A stretch of DNA of 64,000 bases from Mobula hypostoma (lineage: Eukaryota), in contig NC_086128.1 of the NCBI RefSeq assembly GCF_963921235.1, positions 33,728,001 to 33,792,000 of the forward strand, in the 5' to 3' direction. Within the stretch, counting starts at the first letter, position 1. Each line of letters starts with the position of its first letter. Under the pieces are notes generated by a model that worked only from the letters and a program-made list of their open reading frames with translations, searched no databases and was not told where the DNA came from. The translations under genes and the position numbers were made by a program. Positions 53,518 to 64,000 of this stretch are shown here, in pieces.

Positions 53518-53651
53518 ATGTGGAATGGGACTCCAGCAAGGATTTCAACCTGCAGGAGTATTTCCAGAAGACCCCCAGGATGTTGCATTGTACCACAAAG
53601 TTCTGCAACTATGGAAAGGTTCCAAATTGTGAATCTTATGCTGAGGCCAAG
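53518..53651 (+). CDS. CNP: CNP-like, middle coding exon with the first 2H motif
   Basis: ctgcag|AT GTG: (Y)VEWDSSKDFNLQEYFQKTPRMLHCTTKFCNYGKVPNCESYAEAK|gttagt; phase 1 in, phase 0 out. Confidence 0.92.
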
Positions 53652-54504
53652 GTTAGTAACTGGCTCTTCAATTGCAACTTATTGTTAGAATACAAATTGA
53701 CTAGAAGTTCAAGCTCATTGCCATGAGTGAACGTACCCAGGGTATAATGCCATAAAAATTAGCCTTTTGCAGCAGCAGCACAGTGCGTTACAAATATAAA
53801 TCATACAAATTTAAATTAACAAATTATATGTAGCTTACACAACACAGTAAACAAAAACAACAATAACATTCAAACAAGTTGGGGAAAATATAGTCTGAGG
53901 TTTTTTCACGTCAGCTCAAGAATCTGATGGCACTGGGGAGAAAACTGGGGCTTCAGGCTCTTGTACTTCCTGCCTGATGGCAACAATGAGGAGGTGACAT
54001 GGCCTGATTTGGTGGGGCTCCTTAATGATTGCTGTTGCCTTCCTGATACATTGCCTCTTGTCGACGACCTCAATGGTGGGGAGAGCGGTACTCATGAAAG
54101 AATTGGCAGAACCTACCACGCTGTAGTCTATTGTGTTCCTGTGCATTGGAGTTTCCATACCAGGCCTCAATGCAACCGGTCAGAACTGTATGTATGTACA
54201 ATTTGTCAGTCATCGATAGCAGACCAAACTTCCCTAACCTTCTAACAAAGCAGAGACACTGGTGAGGTTCTCCCTGGTAGGTTCCAGTACAAGCTGCGCT
54301 AAGAATCCATCTCGGAGGCACGCCACAAACTCCCTTATCCGGATTATTTCAGAAGGTTATCCTTCCAGCTCCAGAGTGTTTATTCTGCATGCTAAGGTTC
54401 TATTTCTCAGGGAGAGTGGGGTGGTGGGGGTGGGGGTGGAGAGAGAGAGAATTAATCTAAATCTGTAGGATTACTTTTGTAGGGCTTTGAAGGAGGTGCA
54501 AAGT

Positions 54505-56200
54505 GAATCAGAATCAGGTTTATTATCACCGGCATGTGACGTGAAATTTGTTAACTTAGCAGCAGTTCAATGCAATACATAATATAGCAGAGAAAAAAAT
54601 AAACAAGTAAATCAATTACAGTATACGTATATTGAATAGTTTTTAAAGTGCAAGAACAGAAATACTGAATATTAAAAAAAAGTGAGGTAGTGTCCAAGGG
54701 TTCAATGCCCATTTAGGAACCGGATGGCAGAGGGAAGAAGCTATTCCTGAATCACTGAGTGTGTGCCTTCAGGCTTCTGTACCTCCTTCCTGATGGTAAC
54801 AGTGACAAAAGGGTATGCCCTGGGTGCTGGAGGTCCTTAATAATGGACACTGCCTTTCTGAGACACCACTCCCTGAAGATGTCCTGGGTAATTAGTAGGC
54901 TAGAACCCAAAATGGAGCTGACTAGATTTATAACCCTCTGCAGCTTCTTTCGGTCCTGTGCAGTAGCCCCTCCATACCAGTCAGTGATGCAGCCTGTCAG
55001 AACGCTCTCCACAGTACAACTATAGAAGTTTTTGAGTGTATTTGTTGACATACCAAATCACTTCAAACTCCTAATAAAGTATAGCCGCTGTCTTGCCTTC
55101 TTTATAACTACATCAATATGTTGGGCAACATACATCAAAGTTGCTGGTGAACGCAGCAGGCCAGGCAGCATCTATAGGAAGAGGCGCAGTCGACGTTTCA
55201 GGCCGAGACCCTTCGTCAGGACTAACTTCCTGACGAAGGGTCTCGGCCTGAAACGTCGACTGCGCCTCTTCCTGTAGATGCTGCCTGGCCTGCTGCGTTC
55301 ACCAGCAACTTTGATGTATGTTGCTTGAATTTCCAGCATCTGCAGAATTCCTGTTGTTTGCATCAATATGTTGGGACCAGGTTAGATTCTCAGAAATCTT
55401 GACACCCAGGAACTTGAAACTGCTCACTCTCTCCACTTCTGATCCCTCTATGAGGATTGGTATGTGTTCCTTCGTCTTACCCTTCCTGAAGTCCACAGTC
55501 AGCTCTTTCATCTTACTGACATTGAGTGTCAGGTTGTTACTGTGGCACCACTCCACTAGCTGGCATATCTCACTCCTGTACGCCCTCTCCTCACCATCTG
55601 AGATTCTACCAACAATGGTTGTATCATCAGCAAATTTATAGATGGTATTTGAGCTATGCCTGGCCACACAGTCATGGGTATAGAGAGTGTAGAGCAGTGG
55701 GCTAAGCACACACCCCTGAGGTGCGCCAGTGTTGATTGTCAGCGAGGTGGAGATGTTATTTCCAATACGCACAGATTGTGGTCTTCCGGTTAGAAAGTTG
55801 AGGATCCAGTTGCAGATGGAGGTACAGAGGCCCAGGTTCTGTAGTTTGTTGATCAGGACTGTGGGAATGATGGTGTTAAATGTTGAACTATAGTCAATAA
55901 ACAGCATCCTGACATAGGTAATAGTATTGTCCAGGTGATTTAAGGCCACATGAAGAGCCATTGAGATTGCGTTTGCCTTAGACCTATGTGGCGATAGGCA
56001 AATTGCAGTGGGTCCAGGTCCTTGCTGAGGCAAAATTTGATTCTAGCCATGACCAACCTCTCAAAGCATTTCATCACTGTCGATGTGAGTGCTACCGGGT
56101 GATAGTCATTAAGGCAGCTCGCATTATTATTCTTAGGCATTGGTATAATTGTTGCCTTTTTGAAGCAAGTGGAAACTTCCAGACGTAGCAGTGGGAGATT
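54505..56200 (-). mobile_element. Rex1/Babar-type LINE, 5'-truncated (copy R3), with a nested Penelope palindrome
   Basis: 244-aa RT ORF 55299-56033 ([27 protein letters not shown]); same tail and nearly the same 5' end as R1. Confidence 0.92.
55126..55360. mobile_element. Penelope-derived palindromic insertion with two hammerhead cores
   Basis: About 96-bp inverted arms (1 mismatch seen) around a 6-nt loop; perfect 15-bp TSD catcaatatgttggg (55111-55125, 55361-55375). Confidence 0.85.
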
Positions 56201-56789
56201 TCAGAACCTTACCAGGTACTTCATCGGGAATGACGCAAATGATGTGGTGGGTGGAGAAGGCGTGCAAAGTTTAGCCAAATTGTCTGGAGGAGGTGTAAAT
56301 AGAAGGAGAAGAATCTGTATGGAGGAGAAAGTTGTTAAAAATACTGCATCTATGAGGTACAGAACATTGTTGGGAATCTGAAATAATGCTGGAAATACTC
56401 AGGCAGGTCTGCATCTGCAGAGAAAGACTGAATTATTGTAATGCTAGCTGACTTTACATTAAAACTGACCATTTTTAACACAAACTGGAAAGGTTAGTTA
56501 TCTAAGATTGTTGAATATAATGTGAGTCCTCGAGAGAGGTGAAAGTAAACCACCGCAGGACAGTACAGAGTTATGGTAAACAAGTGATCAAAAATGTGCC
56601 TTTATCACACGTGGTTGACTTACTTCTTTGCTCTGTTTTTGACGTTTGTGGGCTAATACAGTAATTAGTGAAGTGTTTCAGAAAATACAGAACAATGACA
56701 ACTATGATGGGGAAAAACATCAACAGCTGTTAGAACATTTAATGCATAAGAATTATCTTAATATGTTAGTTATTGCAGAAATTTAAAGT

Positions 56790-57530
56790 CTTTACATCTA
56801 ATAATGAGGCCGCCTACAGAGAAGTCATCACCCTGATACAGTGGTGTCAAGAAAACAGCCTCTCCCTTAATGTCACAAAAACAAAGGAGCTGATTGTAGA
56901 CTACAGGAGGATTGGAGACAGGCTAGCCCCTATTGACACCAATAGATCTGGGGTTGAGAGGATGAACAGCTTTAAATTCCTCGGCATAAACATCACTGAG
57001 GACCTCATACGGTCTCTACATGCCGGCTGTGTGGTGGAAAAGGCACAGCAGTGCCTCTTTCACCTCAGACGATTGAAGAAGTTTGGTTTGGGTCCCCAAA
57101 TCCTAAGAACTTCCTACAGGATCACAATTGAGAGCATCCTGACTGGCTGCATCACTGCCTGGTATGGGAACTGTAGATGTGAACTTCCCACTATTCAGGA
57201 CATTTACAAAGACAGGTGTGTAAGAAAGACCCGAAGGATCATTGGGGACCCGAGTCACCCCAACCACAAACTGTTCCAGCTGCTACCATCTGGGAAATGG
57301 TACCAGAGCATAAAAGCCAGGACCAACAGGCTCCGGGACAGCTTCTTCCACCAGGCCATCAGACTGATTAATTCATGCTGATGTGAGTGTATTTCTATGT
57401 TACATTGACTATCCTGTTGTACATAATATTTATTATAAATTACTATAATTGCACATTGCACATTTGAACGGAGACGTAAAGATTTTTACTCATGCATATG
57501 AAGGATGGAAGTAATAAATTCAATTCAATC
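56790..57530 (+). mobile_element. Rex1/Babar-type LINE 3' end
   Basis: ORF 56773-57381 ([30 protein letters not shown]); tail aattcaattcaat. Confidence 0.88.
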
Positions 57531-58643
57531 TGAAGTATCTAAGCATTGAAACTACCATATTTTAATAACAAAATTAAAACAAACAGTAAGAAAGAATTAG
57601 TATCAAGTGGATAAGCAGCACTCGTTTCCCAGGGCAGCCATAGCCATAACAAGAATATGATATTTTCAGGTAAGTGGAGTAAGGTTTAGGAGAGAGGTAG
57701 TCTTTTTAAAACATGGAGATTGGTAGGTGCCTGGATACCACTGCTGGGGGTAGTGGTAGATACAACAGGGACGTTTAAGGGTCTCTTAGATAGGAACATG
57801 GATGTAAATGTCCTGATAAAGTGTCTCGTTCTGAAACGTCAACAGTTTACTCATTTCCACATAGCTGCTGCCTGGCCTGCTGAGTTCCTCAAGCATTTTG
57901 CGTGTGTTACTTGGATTTCCAGCATCTTTATATTTTCTCTTGTAGGGTTTTTGGGTTGTGTAGGAGGGAAGGGTTAGAGTGATAGCTCATACTGTGCTGT
58001 ACTCCGTTCTTATTAAATCAGACATCCCACCCTGCAAAAACTCATTTCAGGGAGATAGCACCACCATTTCATGGAGGTAGCAACTCCCCCCCCCCCCCCC
58101 AGTCGACCTCCAAGGGCGCATGTATACTGGACATTTGATTATGAAAGAACACAACAATTTATTTGACACATATTGAAACTATTTATACACACACACACAT
58201 ATATATATATTCCTTGTTGAGTATTTTGTTGGCAATCTCAATGCTAATGCAAATAGCTTTTATATTTCTTTCGCAAACTTTCCTTGTACTGTTATGTGGC
58301 TCTGCTGAAAAGAACTGTGAAATACTTGAGCAGCCTTCCGAGATTAGCCTCCCTAATATGTCGTGGTCCCTAAAAGAAATAAAAGCATGAGGTGTACCCT
58401 TATTATATTGTCTTATGTAATACTTTGTTTAGTGATTTGTCTAATTTGTAAACCAATCTGTAACCTGTAAACTGCGTATATGCAGAAAATGTAACATTAA
58501 AATACAGTATGTACTTATATATTATCATGGAGTCGTTTCTTAATTCTATTACAACTTCAAGCAAGTCTACAGGGAGTTTGGCCTCATCACGTAGGACATC
58601 AATAGAGTAGCTCCTTAGCAGCTAACCAGCTCGTTTAAATAAC

Positions 58644-58949
58644 ACACATCAAAGTTGCTGGTGAACACAGCAGGCCAAGCAGCATCTATAGGAAGAGGCG
58701 CAGTCGACGTTTCAGGCCGAGACCCTTCGTCAGGACTAACTGAAGGAAGAGTGAGTAAGGGATTTCCTCCAGCTTCCTCCAGCTTTCAAATCCCTTACTC
58801 ACTCTTCCTTCAGTTAGTCCTGACGAAGGGTCTCGGCCTGAAACGTCGACTGTACCTCTTCCTAGAGATGCTGCTTGGCCTGCTGCGTTCACCAGCAACT
58901 TTGATGTGTGTTGCTTGAATTTCCAGCATCTGCAGAATTCCTGTTGTTT
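58644..58949. mobile_element. Penelope-derived palindromic insertion with two hammerhead cores
   Basis: About 120-bp inverted arms; perfect 13-bp TSD tcgtttaaataac (58631-58643, 58950-58962). Confidence 0.85.
58816..58851 (+). ncRNA. Minimal type I hammerhead ribozyme motif
   Basis: agtc-CTGACGA-agggtctcggcct-GAAAC-GTC-gact: stem I agtc/gact, conserved core boxes, loopless stem III. A mirror copy lies on the minus strand at 58702-58737. Confidence 0.75.
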
Positions 58950-59669
58950 TCGTTTAAATAACGTTAGCTATGCCGTAATGGCACCTGTTAAACTCACTTT
59001 AACATGTCTTTTACAGTCATTTAACCCACCATGGGCAATAGAAAAGTCACTGTTGCAAACAGTGCAGCGAGCAACACTGTCATTATTTTGACCCCTATTA
59101 GGCAGGGGTACACTTTAGTGTAGTCTGGGGTGAAATGTGTTTGATATATTTTTTTTAAACGCTCTGCCATGGCGGTGCAGGACACGAAACTGAACTGATG
59201 GAGAGACAGGGGTCGACTGTAAAGCCCGCCCACAGAGAAAACTGATAGGTCTACTTAGCACAAAGAGAAACCAATCAGGATGCTCACTCTCGCTCTCGAT
59301 CTCGATCTCGCGAGAACGGCTCTCCCTCTCAAAAAAATCAATTTCCGGGATATTGCATATAATTTCCGGGCGTCAGGGAGTTGCTATTAATATGCCGGAG
59401 GCTCCCGGAAGTTCCGGGAGAGGTTGGATGTCTGCTATTATCATTGAGATATGTCATGATGTGGTTTTGTGACAGCAGCGCAAGTCGTAAAAAATTACTG
59501 CTACAAAATAGTGGTAAAGAGGAATAATGAGTTAATGTTGATGGGCAGTTTGAAGTCAGGAATGTTGTAAAAAGCTATTTTTCATCGCATTTCTATCCTA
59601 TACCTATAACAATGATCTTGAAACGCTCTTTACTCCTTGCAACACAAATATGAATTATATCAGCTCTGC

Positions 59670-59851
59670 TGATCGGGACGCCTGCGCTGAACGAGGCGCC
59701 GATTGATAGTGGCTGGTGGTTTTCCCGGCGTGCAGTGCGTTGCGTTGCGGCGTGGCCTCTCCCCGGTTTGTGCTCAGTCATCGTACCCGTGTGAAAGCAG
59801 CTCAGAGCTTGGTGCAGACTCCACCGTCCCTCCCTCCCCCCCCCCCACAGT
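59670..59851 (+). promoter_or_regulatory. PSMD3 CpG-island promoter / 5' UTR with an antioxidant-response element
   Basis: CpG-dense; tgctcagtcat at 59771-59781 reads ATGACTGAGCA on the minus strand, matching RTGACnnnGCA. Confidence 0.7.
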
Positions 59852-60029
59852 ATGAAAGACACCACGGGAAAGCACAAACCCAAGGAGCCCACCTCCGAGA
59901 AGGTGAAGGCCGCTGGCGGCCTCCCGGCCCTCGATGTGGAGATGAAGGACGTGTCCGCCGAGCCTGATGGCGAGCCGGCCGACAGCGGCGAGAGAAGCCA
60001 GAAGGAGCTGGATCTACTCACATTGGAGG
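59852..60029 (+). CDS. PSMD3: 26S proteasome non-ATPase regulatory subunit 3 (Rpn3), first coding exon; gene continues beyond the window
   Basis: MK...LDVEMKD...ERSQKELDLLTLE matches the PSMD3 N-terminus (DVEMKE...SQRELDTVTLEDIK). Phase-1 donor GAG G|gtaaaa; lies in a CpG island; syntenic with ORMDL3. Confidence 0.9.
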
Positions 60030-60914
60030 GTAAAATCCGGCTCTAGTGACGGACTATCCAGTGCTGGGAGCCGGGGCCATTGAAATACCCGGAACAGGGC
60101 GTTTGGTGAAAGGGATAGATCTAGTGAGTGAGAGGGAGGGGGTCAGGTCACTTAGTGACTGGGATCATTTTGATAAGCAGGCGGAGTAGGTCACTTAAAG
60201 AGACTTAGCATTATTATCCAACACAAGTCTGAATTATTTCTACTCTGAAGTAACAAAGTAGATAGGTATATGGAGGAATTTAAGGTGGGGGGGTTATATG
60301 GGAGGCAGGGTTTGAGGGTCGGCACAACATTGTGGGCCGAAGGGCCTGTACTGTGTTGTACTGTTTTATGTTCTAAATCTTTCGTCATTGGGTGGCTGGG
60401 AGCAGTATTCTACGTGGACAATCACTTTGGGGAATGAAACAGGATATTTACAGAGAGGAGAGTATTTAGTGAAAGGAATATAAAGTTATTTTCAAATGTC
60501 TGAATTGCATCTGCACTAAAGTGTCATAGTTCCAATCACTGGGCAATAAAGTTGCCTGTACTGGAATAAATAAGGTTTACTCGTCACTGCGCTGATCTGA
60601 GGCTGTGGCCTGCAACTAATGGGCTCCCAGACCGGCTGCAGTGGTGACCGGCTTAATGGCTGTGAACTTACTTTCATAATCTTTAGTTCTGAATATTAAT
60701 TGCCTTTTTATTGCTTGCACAGTTTTTTTTGCATATAGGGTGTTTGGTCTTTTTTTCATGGGTTCTATTTGCTTTCATTTTTTGTGGCTACCTATAAAGA
60801 GGCGAATCTCAAATTTGTATATAATATACATTGATAATAAATATAGTTTGAACTTTAAACTTCAATTTGGGTAGAGGCATAACAGGTTCCATTAGCTGAA
60901 ACAGTGACAGACTG

Positions 60915-61570
60915 CCCAGTGTTGGCTTTGTTGCAAAGTTTACAGACCATACAAAGATTGGTGGAAGGGCAGGTAGTTTTGAGGAATTGGAGAGACCACA
61001 GAAGGACTTAGACAGATTAGGAGAATGAGCAAAGAAGCGACAGGTGGAATACAGTGTCAGGAAGTGTATGGTCATGCGCTTTGGTAGAAGAAATGAGAGG
61101 GTTGACTATTTTCTAAATGGAGAGAAAAATATATTAAATAAAAATAGGTGGAAAGGGACCTTGGGAGTCATTGTGCAGGATTCCCAAAAGGTTAATTTGC
61201 AGGTAGAGTCTGTGGTGAGGAAGGCAAATGCATTGTTAGCATTCATTTCAAGAGGAGTAGAATATAAAAGCAAGGATGTAATGTCGAGACTTTATAAAGC
61301 ACTGGTGAGGCCTCACTTGGAGTATTGTGAGCAGTTTTGGGCCCCTTATGGAAAGAATGTGCTGAAACTGGAGAGGGTTCAAAGGAAGTTTGCGAAAATG
61401 GTTCCAGGATTGAATGGCTTGTCATCATATGAAGAGATGGCTCTGGGCCTGTACTCACTAGATCTCAAAGGAATGAGGGGTAACCTCATTAGAACCTATC
61501 GAATGGTGAAAGGCCTTGATAGAGTGGATGTGAAGAGGATGTTTCTCATAGTAGGAGAGTCAAGGACTGG
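60915..61570 (+). mobile_element. CR1-type LINE fragment
   Basis: ORF 61044-61607 LYKALVRPHLEYCEQFWAPY. Confidence 0.88.
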
Positions 61571-62592
61571 GTTTGGGGGGGTGGGGGGAGGAGTGATAGG
61601 CAGGTGAGAAGAGGTAAGAGGCCAGAGTAGAGAATAGATGAAGAGGGGAGGGGATTTTTTTTTAAACCAGAAGGAGAAATCGCTGTTCATGCCATCAGGT
61701 TGGAGGCTACCCAGGCGGAATATAAGGTGTTACTTTGTTGTAATGGGAAATCAAAATGAAAATATTGGGCCACTGGGAAGTTCCGCTTTTGCCGAAGCAG
61801 TCCCCCAAAAAGTATGTATCTGTACTAAGATAACAAATCACCTGTCTTTAGGTGTGGGTCATTGGACATGGACTGACCACCACGTTTAAAACTCGGAGAA
61901 GGAAGGAATAAGTGTTTTAAATCTTATACCTCTTTTAAATACACCTGAGTAAAATAGGGGTTGAGGGTGAAACATTGGATGGAGTGATCACCCTGGTGGC
62001 TACGACATTGCAATCAGTGAGGGATACGAGTCGAGTTTTACAAAATATAATCTATTGTGAGTGTGTTAGTGGAATAAAAAAAACAGTGAAAGTGGGCTGG
62101 AGATTCTAGAGTAAAACATTGTACTTGTTTAAAATATTTTCCCTATGTAATTATTGCAGATAATAAAACTGCCAGTAAATGTGGTTAGGAGCAGACAACT
62201 CTGACCTCTAATCACCTGGTTTTCTGACAAATTTGAGGCAATTGAGAAAACAGATAATCCAAAGCACTTGGGTATATATGCACTAGTATGTGAAGCAGAG
62301 TGATTCCAGTGACAGGCAGGACGACTGTGTAAGAAAAAATAAGGTCAACAAAATTCGTATGGACTAGAGCTTAGGAAAGTGCAAGGTGATCCAATTCAAC
62401 CTTGTAAAATAATATCATTGCACCATCTGGACATTTCCCCTGACTGCTGTGTCTAGAACAAGTGGCCGTGCTCTCAGATTTCAAGTTTATTGAGCTTTTT
62501 TGGGGAGGATGAAGAGACCTTTCCTTGCACAGAGGGGAATGAACCTGAGGAATTCACTAATACAGGGCTGGTGAGACCAAGTTGCTAAAAAA

Positions 62593-62623
<31 letters not shown>

Positions 62624-63119
62624 TATAATGTATATATGTGAAAGAGGTGGGTAAAGTTCAAGATGAAAAAGGCATTTAGATGGATTGGGAAAGGATGGTA
62701 CTGAAATAGATGATCAGCCAGGACTATATTGAATGGTGGAGTAAACTCAAAGGGTCAAGTGAACTACCCAACTGCATGGGTTTTCTATGGAACAAAATGT
62801 CCAGTAATTGTGCTAAAGAATAGGGCATGCAGTAATGTAAGCCACACCGTGCTCTACAATGTCATTGTTTATGCACTGGTGTAATAACATATTCTGTAAA
62901 TGGAGTAGAAAAAGAAAGCTGCATGAACTAAACTCCCAGTGCAACAAAAACCCAGTCAGATAAAGTAAAACAACCCACATGTACAGCAGAAACAGGGCTA
63001 ATTCACTCTACCTGCCACAGAGAAATAGACCCATCATAATCTATCCATGAAATTAGGATCAGTGATAGAAAGCTGAATGAACTGATTACCTAAACTATTA
63101 CTACTTGAAAGGAAGTGAC

Positions 63120-63950
63120 TTATACTTACTTTATACTTTATTGTTGCCAAACAATTGATACTCGAACGTACAATCATCACAGCAATATTTGATTCTGCAC
63201 TTCGTGCTCCCTGGAGCACAAATCAATAGTAAACATTAAAAATTTAAATTATAAATCATAAATAGAAAAGGGAAAGTAAGGTAGTGCAAAAAAAAACGAG
63301 AGGCAGGTCTGGATATTTGGAGGATACAGCCCAGATCCGGGTCAGGATCCATTCAGCAGTCTTATCACAGTTGGAAAGAAGCTGTTCCCAAATCTGGCCG
63401 TATGAGTCTTCAAGCTCCTGAGCCTTCTCCCAGAGAGAAGAGGGACGGAAGGTGTGTTGGCTGGGTGGGTCATGTCCTTGAGTGTCCTGGCAGCACTGCT
63501 CCGACAGTGTGCGGTGTAAAGTGAGTCCACGGATGGAAGATTGGTTTGTGTGATGTGCTGTACCGTGTTCACGATCTTCTGCAGCTTCTTTTGGTCTTGG
63601 ACAGGACAACTTCCATACCAGGTTGTGATGCACCCTAGAAGAATGCTTTCTACGGTGCATCTATAAAAATTAGTGAGGGTTTTAGGGGACAGGCCAAATT
63701 TCTTTAGTTTTCTCAGGAAGTAAAGGCGCTGGTGGGCCTTCTTGGCAGTGAACTCTGCTTGGTTGGATCAAGTCAGGTCATTTGTGATATTGACCCCGAG
63801 GAACTTAAAGCTTTTGACCTGTTCCACTTGCGCACCACTGATGTAAATTGGGTCATGCGGTCCGCTACTCCTTCTGAAGTCAACAACCAATTCCTTCGTC
63901 TTGCTGACGTTGAGGGATAGGTTATTGTCTTCGCACCATGTCACCTGAGT
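63120..63950 (-). mobile_element. Rex1/Babar-type LINE 3' fragment
   Basis: ORF 63342-63572 LSGRRLRSLKTHTARFGNSFFPTVIRLLN. Confidence 0.8.
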
Positions 63951-64000
63951 TAAACAGTGGGACTATGGGCAGAAGTCTGTATTTCTAATATTACATCAGT

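Larger units (their letters stand above)
58019..59434. mobile_element. Probable non-autonomous hAT-like DNA transposon
   Basis: Inverted ends cagacatcccacc / ggttggatgtctg (CAG termini) and subterminal cggga repeats. No clean 8-bp TSD seen. Confidence 0.65.

Noticed and set aside
55032-55366. Mirror-image ORFs on both strands (also at 58655-58918)
   Set aside because: Artefact of the DNA palindrome, not protein-coding.
59820-59851. Acceptor-like C-tract plus cag just before the PSMD3 ATG
   Set aside because: Lies inside the CpG island with no convincing upstream donor; more simply 5' UTR, though not excluded.
59593-60021. 142-aa minus-strand ORF
   Set aside because: Antisense shadow of PSMD3 exon 1 and its CpG island.
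1-64000. CRISPR arrays, operons or other prokaryotic systems
   Set aside because: The sequence is intron-rich vertebrate DNA; no regularly spaced repeats were seen.

Overview
Vertebrate genomic DNA. The repeat content (CR1/HER1-type and Rex1/Babar-type LINEs, tRNA-derived SINEs, Penelope remnants) suggests a cartilaginous fish, probably a ray; this is inference. Three host genes lie on the + strand. (1) A complete ORMDL3: non-coding exon 1 near 5 kb, coding exons 26506-26679, 35596-35747 and 36522-36657 (153 aa), and a long 3' UTR to about 40.1 kb. (2) A CNP-like 2',3'-cyclic-nucleotide 3'-phosphodiesterase whose three coding exons are all intact but out of order: the last exon (48800-49219) lies upstream of the two exons that should precede it (52293-52935, 53518-53651). 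(3) The promoter and first coding exon of PSMD3 (59852-60029). The rest is mostly transposon-derived: a full-length Tc1 with a broken DD34E transposase; Tigger, Harbinger and hAT non-autonomous elements; many LINE fragments; and short Penelope-derived palindromes that carry hammerhead-ribozyme cores and target-site duplications. The main oddities are the permuted CNP-like gene (real rearrangement or misassembly; I cannot tell from sequence alone) and its apparent replacement of the C-terminal CaaX by an N-terminal myristoylation motif. Repeat boundaries are approximate unless a TSD or TIR is quoted.
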